Shown here: in pieces, positions 27,201 to 40,300 of the stretch
Layout of the letters: each line of letters starts with the position of its first letter
How positions within the stretch are numbered: position 1 is the first letter of the stretch
From: Auanema rhodensis
Lineage: Eukaryota; Animalia; Nematoda
Length of the DNA stretch: 64,000 bases
Assembly (NCBI GenBank): GCA_964057225.1
Contig: OZ059900.1
Location: 4,712,001-4,776,000, forward strand
Direction: 5' to 3'
Position numbers and translations under genes: made by a program
Notes under the pieces: generated by a model
What the model saw: only the letters and a program-made list of their open reading frames with translations
Databases searched by the model: none
Told to the model about the DNA's origin: nothing

Positions 27201-30200
27201 AGATCACTTTCTTTGGATACTTAGGTGGTATTGCTACCTGTTCACAAAAAATTGGAAGTCCTGGTTACCATGCATCAAACCCATTAAGATTGTGTTTCTA
27301 GACTAATATGACCATGATGACTTCATTGAAATTCACAGTATTCTTCTATCTTCAACGGTATCCGAGTTACAAATCAAGATCACTTTCTTTGGATACTTAG
27401 GTGGTATAGCTACCTGTTCACAAAAAATTCGAAGTCTTGGTTACCATGCATCAAATCCTTTAAGATAGTGTTTCTAGACTAATATAACCATGGGGACTTC
27501 ATTAAATTTCACAGTATTCTTCTATCTTCAACGGTATCCGAGTTACAAATCAAGATCACTTTCTTTGGATACTTAGGTTGTATAGCTACCTGTTCACAAA
27601 AAATTGGACGTCTTGGTTACCATGCATCAAACCCATTAAGATTGTGTTTCTAGACTAATATGACCATGATGACTTCATTAAATTTCACAGTATTCTTCTA
27701 TCTTCAACGGTATCCGAGTTACAAATCAAGATCACTTTCTTTGGATACTTAGGTGGTATAGCTACCTGTTCACAAAAAATTCGAAGTCTTGGTTACCATG
27801 CATCAAATCCTTTAAGATAGTGTTTCTAGACTAATATAACCATGGGGACTTCATTAAATTTCACAGTATTCTTCTATCTTCAACGGTATCCGAGTTACAA
27901 ATCAAGATCACTTTCTTTGGATACTTAGGTGGTATAGCTACCTGTTCACAAAAAATTCGAAGTCTTGGTTACCATGCATCAAATCCTTTAAGATAGTGTT
28001 TCTAGACTAATATAACCATGGGGACTTCATTAAAATTAACAGTATTCTTTTATCTTTAACGGTATCCGAGTTACAAATCAAGATCACTTTCTTTGGATAC
28101 TTAGGTGGTATAGCTACCTGTTCACAAAAAATTGGAAGTCCTGGTTACCATGCATCAAACCCATTAAGATAGTGTTTCTAGACTAATATAACCATGGGGA
28201 CTTCATTAAATTTCACAGTATTCTTCTATCTTCAACGGTATCCGAGTTACAAATCAAGATCACTTTCTTTGGATACTTAGGTGGTATAGCTACCTGTTCA
28301 CAAAAAATTGGACGTCTTGGTTACCATGCATCAAACCCATTAAGATTGTGTTTCTAGACTAATATGACCATGATGACTTCATTAAATTTCACAGTATTCT
28401 TCTATCTTCAACGGTATCCGAGTTACAAATCAAGACCACTTTCTTTGGATACTTAGGTGGTATAGCTACCTGTTCACAAAAAATTGGAAGTCCTGGTTAC
28501 CATGCATCAAACCCATTAAGATTGTGTTTCTAGACTAATATAACTATGGGGACTTCATTAAATTTCACAGTATTCTTCTATCTTTAACGGTATCCGAGTT
28601 ACAAATCAAGATCACTTTCTTTGGATACTTAGGTGGTATAGCTACCTGTTCACAAAAAATTCGAAGTCTTGGTTACCATGCATCAAATCCTTTAAGATAG
28701 TGTTTCTAGACTAATATAACCATGGGGACTTCCTTAAATTTAACAGTATTCTTCTATCTTCAACGGTATCCGAGTTACAAATCAAGATCACTTTCTTTGG
28801 ATACTTAGGTGGTATAGCTACCTGTTCACAAAAAATTGGACGTCTTGGTTACCATGCATCAAACCCATTAAGATTGTGTTTCTAGACTAATATGACCATG
28901 ATGACTTCATTAAATTTCACAGTATTCTTCTATCTTCAACGGTATCCGAGTTACAAATCAAGATCACTTTCTTTGGATACTTAGGTGGTATAGCTACCTG
29001 TTCACAAAAAATTGGACGTCTTGGTTACCATTCATCAAACCCATTAAGATTGTGTTTCTAGACTAATATGACCATGATGACTTCATTAAATTTCACAGTA
29101 TTCTTCTATCTTCAACGGTATCCGAGTTACAAATCAAGATCACTTTCTTTGGATACTTAGGTGGTATAGCTACCTGTTCACAAAAAATTGGAAGTCCTGG
29201 TTACCATGCATCAAACCCATTAAGATTGTGTTTCTAGACTAATATGACCATGATGATTTCATTAAATTTCACAGTATTCTTCTATCTTCAACGGTATCCG
29301 AGTTACAAATCAAGATCACTTTCTTTGGATACTTAGGTGGTATAGCTACCTGTTCACAAAAAATTCGAAGTCTTGGTTACCATGCATCAAATCCTTTAAG
29401 ATAGTGTTTCTAGACTAATATAACCATGGGGACTTCATTAAAATTAACAGTATTCTTTTATCTTTAACGGTATCCGAGTTACAAATCAAGATCACTTTCT
29501 TTGGATACTTAGGTGGTATAGCTACCTGTTCACAAAAAATTGGAAGTCCTGGTTACCATGCATCAAACCCATTAAGATTGTGTTTCTAGACTAATATGAC
29601 CATGATGACTTCATTAAATTTCACAGTATTCTTCTATCTTTAACGGTATCCGAGTTACAAATCAAGATCACTTTCTTTGGATACTTAGGTGGTATAGCTA
29701 CCTGTTCACAAAAAATTCGAAGTCTTGGTTACCATGCATCAAATCCTTTAAGATAGTGTTTCTAGACTAATATAACCATGGGGACTTCCTTAAATTTAAC
29801 AGTATTCTTCTATCTTCAACGGTATCCGAGTTACAAATCAAGATCACTTTCTTTGGATACTTAGGTGGTATAGCTACCTGTTCACAAAAAATTGGACGTC
29901 TTGGTTACCATGCATCAAACCCATTAAGATTGTGTTTCTAGACTAATATGACCATGATGACTTCATTAAATTTCACAGTATTCTTCTATCTTCAACGGTA
30001 TCCGAGTTACAAATCAAGATCACTTTCTTTGGATACTTAGGTGGTATAGCTACCTGTTCACAAAAAATTGGAAGTCCTGGTTACCATGCATCAAACCCAT
30101 TAAGATTGTGTTTCTAGACTAATATGACCATGATGACTTCATTAAATTTCACAGTATTCTTCTATCTTCAACGGTATCCGAGTTACAAATCAAGATCACT

Positions 30201-32208
30201 TTCTTTGGATACTTAGGTGGTATAGCTACCTGTTCACAAAAAATTGGAAGTCCTGGTTACCATGCATCAAACCCATTAAGATTGTGTTTCTAGACTAATA
30301 TGACCATGGGGACTTCATTAAATTTCACAGTATTCTTCTATCTTCAACGGTATCCGAGTTACAAATCAAGATCACTTTCTTTGGATACTTAGGTGGTATA
30401 GCTACCTGTTCACAAAAAATTCGAAGTCTTGGTTACCATGCATCAAATCCTTTAAGATAGTGTTTCTAGACTAATATAAGCATGGGGACTTCATTAAAAT
30501 TAACAGTATTCTTTTATCTTTAACGGTATCCGAGTTACAAATCAAGATCACTTTCTTTGGATACTTAGGTGGTATAGCTACCTGTTCACAAAAAATTGGA
30601 AGTCCTGGTTACCATGCATCAAACCCATTAAGATAGTGTTTCTAGACTAATATAACCATGGGGACTTCATTAAATTTCACAGTATTCTTCTATCTTCAAC
30701 GGTATCCGAGTTACAAATCAAGATCACTTTCTTTGGATACTTAGGTGGTATAGCTACCTGTTCACAAAAAATTGGACGTCTTGGTTACCATGCATCAAAC
30801 CCATTAAGATTGTGTTTCTAGACTAATATGACCATGATGACTTCATTAAATTTCACAGTATTCTTCTATCTTCAACGGTATCCGAGTTACAAATCAAGAT
30901 CACTTTCTTTGGATACTTAGGTGGTATAGCTACCTGTTCACAAAAAATTGGACGTCTTGGTTACCATTCATCAAACCCATTAAGATTGTGTTTCTAGACT
31001 AATATGACCATGATGACTTCATTAAATTTCACAGTATTCTTCTATCTTCAACGGTATCCGAGTTACAAATCAAGATCACTTTCTTTGGATACTTAGGTGG
31101 TATAGCTACCTGTTCACAAAAAATTGGAAGTCCTGGTTACCATGCATCAAACCCATTAAGATTGTGTTTCTAGACTAATATGACCATGATGATTTCATTA
31201 AATTTCACAGTATTCTTCTATCTTCAACGGTATCCGAGTTACAAATCAAGATCACTTTCTTTGGATACTTAGGTGGTATAGCTACCTGTTCACAAAAAAT
31301 TGGAAGTCTTGGTTACCATGCATCAAACCCATTAAGATTGTGTTTCTAGACTAATATGACCATGATGACTTCATTGAAATTCACAGTATTCTTCTATCTT
31401 CAACGGTATCCGAGTTACAAATCAAGATCACTTTCTTTGGATACTTAGGTGGTATAGCTACCTGTTCACAAAAAATTGGAAGTCTTGGTTACCATGCATC
31501 AAATCCTTTAAGATAGTGTTTCTAGACTAATATAACCATGGGGACTTCATTAAATTTCACAGTATTCTTCTATCTTTAACGGTATCCGAGTTACAAATCA
31601 AGATCACTTTCCTTGGATACTTAGGTGGTATAGCTACCTGTTCACAAAAAATTGGAAGTCCTGGTTACCATGCATCAAACCCATTAAGATTGTGTTTCTA
31701 GACTAATATAACCATGGGGACTTCATTAAATTTCACAGTATTCTTCTATCTTTAACGGTATCCGAGTTACAAATCAAGATCACTTTCTTTGGATACTTAG
31801 GTGGTATAGCTACCTGTTCACAAAAAATTCGAAGTCTTGGTTACCATGCATCAAATCCTTTAAGATAGTGTTTCTAGACTAATATAACCATGGGGACTTC
31901 CTTAAATTTAACAGTATTCTTCTATCTTCAACGGTATCCGAGTTACAAATCAAGATCACTTTCTTTGGATACTTAGGTGGTATAGCTACCTGTTCACAAA
32001 AAATTGGACGTCTTGGTTACCATGCATCAAACCCATTAAGATTGTGTTTCTAGACTAATATGACCATGATGACTTCATTAAATTTCACAGTATTCTTCTA
32101 TCTTCAACGGTATCCGAGTTACAAATCAAGATCACTTTCTTTGGATACTTAGGTGGTATAGCTACCTGTTCACAAAAAATTCGAAGTCTTGGTTACCATG
32201 CATCAAAT

Positions 32209-34320
32209 CCTTTAAGATAGTGTTTCTAGACTAATATAACCATGGGGACTTCATTAAAATTAACAGTATTCTTTTATCTTTAACGGTATCCGAGTTACAA
32301 ATCAAGATCACTTTCTTTGGATACTTAGGTGGTATTGCTACCTGTTCACAAAAAATTGGAAGTCCTGGTTACCATGCATCAAACCCATTAAGATTGTGTT
32401 TCTAGACTAATATGACCATGATGACTTCATTGAAATTCACAGTATTCTTCTATCTTCAACGGTATCCGAGTTACAAATCAAGATCACTTTCCTTGGATAC
32501 TTAGGTGGTATAGCTACCTGTTCACAAAAAATTGGAAGTCCTGGTTACCATGCATCAAACCCATTAAGATTGTGTTTCTAGACTAATATAACTATGGGGA
32601 CTTCATTAAATTTCACAGTATTCTTCTATCTTTAACGGTATCCGAGTTACAAATCAAGATCACTTTCTTTGGATACTTAGGTGGTATAGCTACCTGTTCA
32701 CAAAAAATTCGAAGTCTTGGTTACCATGCATCAAATCCTTTAAGATAGTGTTTCTAGACTAATATAACCATGGGGACTTCCTTAAATTTAACAGTATTCT
32801 TCTATCTTCAACGGTATCCGAGTTACAAATCAAGATCACTTTCTTTGGATACTTAGGTGGTATAGCTACCTGTTCACAAAAAATTGGACGTCTTGGTTAC
32901 CATGCATCAAACCCATTAAGATTGTGTTTCTAGACTAATATGACCATGATGACTTCATTAAATTTCACAGTATTCTTCTATCTTCAACGGTATCCGAGTT
33001 ACAAATCAAGATCACTTTCTTTGGATACTTAGGTGGTATAGCTACCTGTTCACAAAAAATTGGAAGTCCTGGTTACCATGCATCAAACCCATTAAGATTG
33101 TGTTTCTAGACTAATATGACCATGATGACTTCATTAAATTTCACAGTATTCTTCTATCTTCAACGGTATCCGAGTTACAAATCAAGATCACTTTCTTTGG
33201 ATACTTAGGTGGTATAGCTACCTGTTCACAAAAAATTCGAAGTCTTGGTTACCACGCATCAAATCCTTTAAGATAGTGTTTCTAGACTAATATAACCATG
33301 GGGACTTCATTAAAATTAACAGTATTCTTTTATCTTTAACGGTATCCGAGTTACAAATCAAGATCACTTTCTTTGGATACTTAGGTGGTATTGCTACCTG
33401 TTCACAAAAAATTGGAAGTCCTGGTTACCATGCATCAAACCCATTAAGATTGTGTTTCTAGACTAATATGACCATGATGACTTCATTGAAATTCACAGTA
33501 TTCTTCTATCTTCAACGGTATCCGAGTTACAAATCAAGATCACTTTCCTTGGATACTTAGGTGGTATAGCTACCTGTTCACAAAAAATTGGAAGTCCTGG
33601 TTACCATGCATCAAACCCATTAAGATTGTGTTTCTAGACTAATATAACTATGGGGACTTCATTAAATTTCACAGTATTCTTCTATCTTTAACGGTATCCG
33701 AGTTACAAATCAAGATCACTTTCTTTGGATACTTAGGTGGTATAGCTACCTGTTCACAAAAAATTCGAAGTCTTGGTTACCATGCATCAAATCCTTTAAG
33801 ATAGTGTTTCTAGACTAATATAACCATGGGGACTTCCTTAAATTTAACAGTATTCTTCTATCTTCAACGGTATCCGAGTTACAAATCAAGATCACTTTCT
33901 TTGGATACTTAGGTGGTATAGCTACCTGTTCACAAAAAATTGGACGTCTTGGTTACCATGCATCAAACCCATTAAGATTGTGTTTCTAGACTAATATGAC
34001 CATGATGACTTCATTAAATTTCACAGTATTCTTCTATCTTCAACGGTATCCGAGTTACAAATCAAGATCACTTTCTTTGGATACTTAGGTGGTATAGCTA
34101 CCTGTTCACAAAAAATTGGAAGTCCTGGTTACCATGCATCAAACCCATTAAGATTGTGTTTCTAGACTAATATGACCATGATGACTTCATTAAATTTCAC
34201 AGTATTCTTCTATCTTCAACGGTATCCGAGTTACAAATCAAGATCACTTTCTTTGGATACTTAGGTGGTATTGCTACCTGTTCACAAAAAATTGGAAGTC
34301 CTGGTTACCATGCATCAAAC
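32209..34320. repeat. Tandem 6-monomer (1056 bp) duplication
   Basis: The taacTatggg variant is at 32593 and 33649 (1056 apart), with matching monomer order from 32209 and 33265. Confidence 0.82.
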
Positions 34321-37300
34321 CCATTAAGATTGTGTTTCTAGACTAATATGACCATGATGACTTCATTGAAATTCACAGTATTCTTCTATCTTCAACGGTA
34401 TCCGAGTTACAAATCAAGATCACTTTCTTTGGATACTTAGGTGGTATTGCTACCTGTTCACAAAAAATTCGAAGTCCTGGTTACCATGCATCAAATCCTT
34501 TAAGATAGTGTTTCTAGACTAATATAACCATGGGGACTTCATTAAAATTAACAGTATTCTTTTATCTTTAACGGTATCCGAGTTACAAATCAAGATCACT
34601 TTCTTTGGATACTTAGGTGGTATTGCTACCTGTTCACAAAAAATTGGAAGTCCTGGTTACCATGCATCAAACCCATTAAGATTGTGTTTCTAGACTAATA
34701 TGACCATGATGACTTCATTGAAATTCACAGTATTCTTCTATCTTCAACGGTATCCGAGTTACAAATCAAGATCACTTTCTTTGGATACTTAGGTGGTATA
34801 GCTACCTGTTCACAAAAAATTCGAAGTCTTGGTTACCATGCATCAAATCCTTTAAGATAGTGTTTCTAGACTAATATAACCATGGGGACTTCATTAAATT
34901 TCACAGTATTCTTCTATCTTCAACGGTATCCGAGTTACAAATCAAGATCACTTTCTTTGGATACTTAGGTGGTATAGCTACCTGTTCACAAAAAATTCGA
35001 AGTCTTGGTTACCATGCATCAAATCCTTTAAGATAGTGTTTCTAGACTAATATAACCATGGGGACTTCATTAAATTTCACAGTATTCTTCTATCTTCAAC
35101 GGTATCCGAGTTACAAATCAAGATCACTTTCTTTGGATACTTAGGTGGTATAGCTACCTGTTCACAAAAAATTCGAAGTCTTGGTTACCATGCATCAAAT
35201 CCTTTAAGATAGTGTTTCTAGACTAATATAACCATGGGGACTTCATTAAAATTAACAGTATTCTTTTATCTTTAACGGTATCCGAGTTACAAATCAAGAT
35301 CACTTTCTTTGGATACTTAGGTGGTATAGCTACCTGTTCACAAAAAATTCGAAGTCTTGGTTACCATGCATCAAATCCTTTAAGATAGTGTTTCTAGACT
35401 AATATAACCATGGGGACTTCATTAAAATTAACAGTATTCTTTTATCTTTAACGGTATCCGAGTTACAAATCAAGATCACTTTCTTTGGATACTTAGGTGG
35501 TATAGCTACCTGTTCACAAAAAATTGGAAGTCCTGGTTACCATGCATCAAACCCATTAAGATTGTGTTTCTAGACTAATATGACCATGATGACTTCATTG
35601 AAAATCACAGTATTCTTCTATCTTCAACGGTATCCGAGTTACAAATCAAGATCACTTTCTTTGGATACTTAGGTGGTATAGCTACCTGTTCACAAAAAAT
35701 TCGAAGTCTTGGTTACCATGCATCAAATCCTTTAAGATAGTGTTTCTAGACTAATATAACCATGGGGACTTCTATAAATTTCACAGTATTCTTCTATCTT
35801 CAACGGTATCCGAGTTACAAATCAAGATCACTTTCTTTGGATACTTAGGTTGTATAGCTACCTGTTCACAAAAAATTGGACGTCTTGGTTACCATGCATC
35901 AAACCCATTAAGATTGTGTTTCTAGACTAATATGACCATGATGACTTCATTAAATTTCACAGTATTCTTCTATCTTCAACGGTATCCGAGTTACAAATCA
36001 AGATCACTTTCTTTGGATACTTAGGTGGTATAGCTACCTGTTCACAAAAAATTCGAAGTCTTGGTTACCATGCATCAAATCCTTTAAGATAGTGTTTCTA
36101 GACTAATATAACCATGGGGACTTCATTAAATTTCACAGTATTCTTCTATCTTCAACGGTATCCGAGTTACAAATCAAGATCACTTTCTTTGGATACTTAG
36201 GTGGTATAGCTACCTGTTCACAAAAAATTCGAAGTCTTGGTTACCATGCATCAAATCCTTTAAGATAGTGTTTCTAGACTAATATAACCATGGGGACTTC
36301 ATTAAAATTAACAGTATTCTTTTATCTTTAACGGTATCCGAGTTACAAATCAAGATCACTTTCTTTGGATACTTAGGTGGTATAGCTACCTGTTCACAAA
36401 AAATTGGAAGTCCTGGTTACCATGCATCAAACCCATTAAGATAGTGTTTCTAGACTAATATAACCATGGGGACTTCATTAAATTTCACAGTATTCTTCTA
36501 TCTTCAACGGTATCCGAGTTACAAATCAAGATCACTTTCTTTGGATACTTAGGTGGTATAGCTACCTGTTCACAAAAAATTGGACGTCTTGGTTACCATG
36601 CATCAAACCCATTAAGATTGTGTTTCTAGACTAATATGACCATGATGACTTCATTAAATTTCACAGTATTCTTCTATCTTCAACGGTATCCGAGTTACAA
36701 ATCAAGATCACTTTCTTTGGATACTTAGGTGGTATAGCTACCTGTTCACAAAAAATTGGAAGTCCTGGTTACCATGCATCAAACCCATTAAGATTGTGTT
36801 TCTAGACTAATATGACCATGATGACTTCATTGAAATCCACAGTATTCTTCTATCTTCAACGGTATCCGAGTTACAAATCAAGATCACTTTCTTTGGATAC
36901 TTAGGTGGTATAGCTACCTGTTCACAAAAAATTCGAAGTCTTGGTTACCATGCATCAAATCCTTTAAGATAGTGTTTCTAGACTAATATAACCATGGGGA
37001 CTTCATTAAAATTAACAGTATTCTTTTATCTTTAACGGTATCCGAGTTACAAATCAAGATCACTTTCTTTGGATACTTAGGTGGTATTGCTACCTGTTCA
37101 CAAAAAATTGGAAGTCCTGGTTACCATGCATCAAACCCATTAAGATTGTGTTTCTAGACTAATATGACCATGATGACTTCATTGAAATTCACAGTATTCT
37201 TCTATCTTCAACGGTATCCGAGTTACAAATCAAGATCACTTTCCTTGGATACTTAGGTGGTATAGCTACCTGTTCACAAAAAATTGGAAGTCCTGGTTAC

Positions 37301-40300
37301 CATGCATCAAACCCATTAAGATTGTGTTTCTAGACTAATATAACTATGGGGACTTCATTAAATTTCACAGTATTCTTCTATCTTTAACGGTATCCGAGTT
37401 ACAAATCAAGATCACTTTCTTTGGATACTTAGGTGGTATAGCTACCTGTTCACAAAAAATTCGAAGTCTTGGTTACCATGCATCAAATCCTTTAAGATAG
37501 TGTTTCTAGACTAATATAACCATGGGGACTTCCTTAAATTTAACAGTATTCTTCTATCTTCAACGGTATCCGAGTTACAAATCAAGATCACTTTCTTTGG
37601 ATACTTAGGTGGTATAGCTACCTGTTCACAAAAAATTGGACGTCTTGGTTACCATGCATCAAACCCATTAAGATTGTGTTTCTAGACTAATATGACCATG
37701 ATGACTTCATTAAATTTCACAGTATTCTTCTATCTTCAACGGTATCCGAGTTACAAATCAAGATCACTTTCTTTGGATACTTAGGTGGTATAGCTACCTG
37801 TTCACAAAAAATTGGAAGTCCTGGTTACCATGCATCAAACCCATTAAGATTGTGTTTCTAGACCAATCTGACCATGATGACTTCATTAAATTTCACAGTA
37901 TTCTTCTATCTTCAACGGTATCCGAGTTACAAATCAAGATCACTTTCTTTGGATACTTAGGTGGTATAGCTACCTGTTCACAAAAAATTCGAAGTCTTGG
38001 TTACCATGCATCAAATCCTTTAAGATAGTGTTTCTAGACTAATATAACCATGGGGACTTCATTAAAATTAACAGTATTCTTTTATCTTTAACGGTATCCG
38101 AGTTACAAATCAAGATCACTTTCTTTGGATACTTAGGTGGTATTGCTACCTGTTCACAAAAAATTGGAAGTCCTGGTTACCATGCATCAAACCCATTAAG
38201 ATTGTGTTTCTAGACTAATATGACCATGATGACTTCATTGAAATTCACAGTATTCTTCTATCTTCAACGGTATCCGAGTTACAAATCAAGATCACTTTCT
38301 TTGGATACTTAGGTGGTATAGCTACCTGTTCACAAAAAATTCGAAGTCTTGGTTACCATGCATCAAATCCTTTAAGATAGTGTTTCTAGACTAATATAAC
38401 CATGGGGACTTCATTAAATTTCACAGTATTCTTCTATCTTCAACGGTATCCGAGTTACAAATCAAGATCACTTTCTTTGGATACTTAGGTGGTATAGCTA
38501 CCTGTTCACAAAAAATTCGAAGTCTTGGTTACCATGCATCAAATCCTTTAAGATAGTGTTTCTAGACTAATATAACTATGGGGACTTCATTAAATTTCAC
38601 AGTATTCTTCTATCTTCAACGGTATCCGAGTTACAAATCAAGATCACTTTCTTTGGATACTTAGGTTGTATAGCTACCTGTTCACAAAAAATTGGACGTC
38701 TTGGTTACCATGCATCAAACCCATTAAGATTGTGTTTCTAGACTAATATGACCATGATGACTTCATTAAATTTCACAGTATTCTTCTATCTTCAACGGTA
38801 TCCGAGTTACAAATCAAGATCACTTTCCTTGGATACTTAGGTGGTATAGCTACCTGTTCACAAAAAATTGGAAGTCCTGGTTACCATGCATCAAACCCAT
38901 TAAGATTGTGTTTCTAGACTAATATAACTATGGGTACTTCATTAAATTTCACAGTATTCTTCTATCTTTAACGGTATCCGAGTTACAAATCAAGATCACT
39001 TTCTTTGGATACTTAGGTGGTATAGCTACCTGTTCACAAAAAATTCGAAGTCTTGGTTACCATGCATCAAATCCTTTAAGATAGTGTTTCTAGACTAATA
39101 TAACCATGGGGACTTCCTTAAATTTAACAGTATTCTTCTATCTTCAACGGTATCCGAGTTACAAATCAAGATCACTTTCTTTGGATACTTAGGTGGTATA
39201 GCTACCTGTTCACAAAAAATTGGACGTCTTGGTTACCATGCATCAAACCCATTAAGATTGTGTTTCTAGACTAATATGACCATGATGACTTCATTAAATT
39301 TCACAGTATTCTTCTATCTTCAACGGTATCCGAGTTACAAATCAAGAACACTTTCTTTGGATACTTAGGTGGTATAGCTACCTGTTCACAAAAAATTGGA
39401 AGTCCTGGTTACCATGCATCAAACCCATTAAGATTGTGTTTCTAGACTAATCTGACCATGATGACTTCATTAAATTTCACAGTATTCTTCTATCTTCAAC
39501 GGTATCCGAGTTACAAATCAAGATCACTTTCTTTGGATACTTAGGTGGTATAGCTACCTGTTCACAAAAAATTCGAAGTCTTGGTTACCATGCATCAAAT
39601 CCTTTAAGATAGTGTTTCTAGACTAATATAACCATGGGGACTTCATTAAAATTAACAGTATTCTTTTATCTTTAACGGTATCCGAGTTACAAATCAAGAT
39701 CACTTTCTTTGGATACTTAGGTGGTATTGCTACCTGTTCACAAAAAATTCGAAGTCTTGGTTACCATGCATCAAATCCTTTAAGATAGTGTTTCTAGACT
39801 AATATAACCATGGGGACTTCATTAAATTTCACAGTATTCTTCTATCTTCAACGGTATCCGAGTTACAAATCAAGATCACTTTCTTTGGATACTTAGGTGG
39901 TATAGCTACCTGTTCACAAAAAATTCGAAGTCTTGGTTACCATGCATCAAATCCTTTAAGATAGTGTTTCTAGACTAATATAACTATGGGGACTTCATTA
40001 AATTTCACAGTATTCTTCTATCTTCAACGGTATCCGAGTTACAAATCAAGATCACTTTCTTTGGATACTTAGGTGGTATAGCTACCTGTTCACAAAAAAT
40101 TGGACGTCTTGGTTACCATGCATCAAACCCATTAAGATTGTGTTTCTAGACTAATATGACCATGATGACTTCATTAAATTTCACAGTATTCTTCTATCTT
40201 CAACGGTATCCGAGTTACAAATCAAGATCACTTTCTTTGGATACTTAGGTGGTATAGCTACCTGTTCACAAAAAATTCGAAGTCTTGGTTACCATGCATC

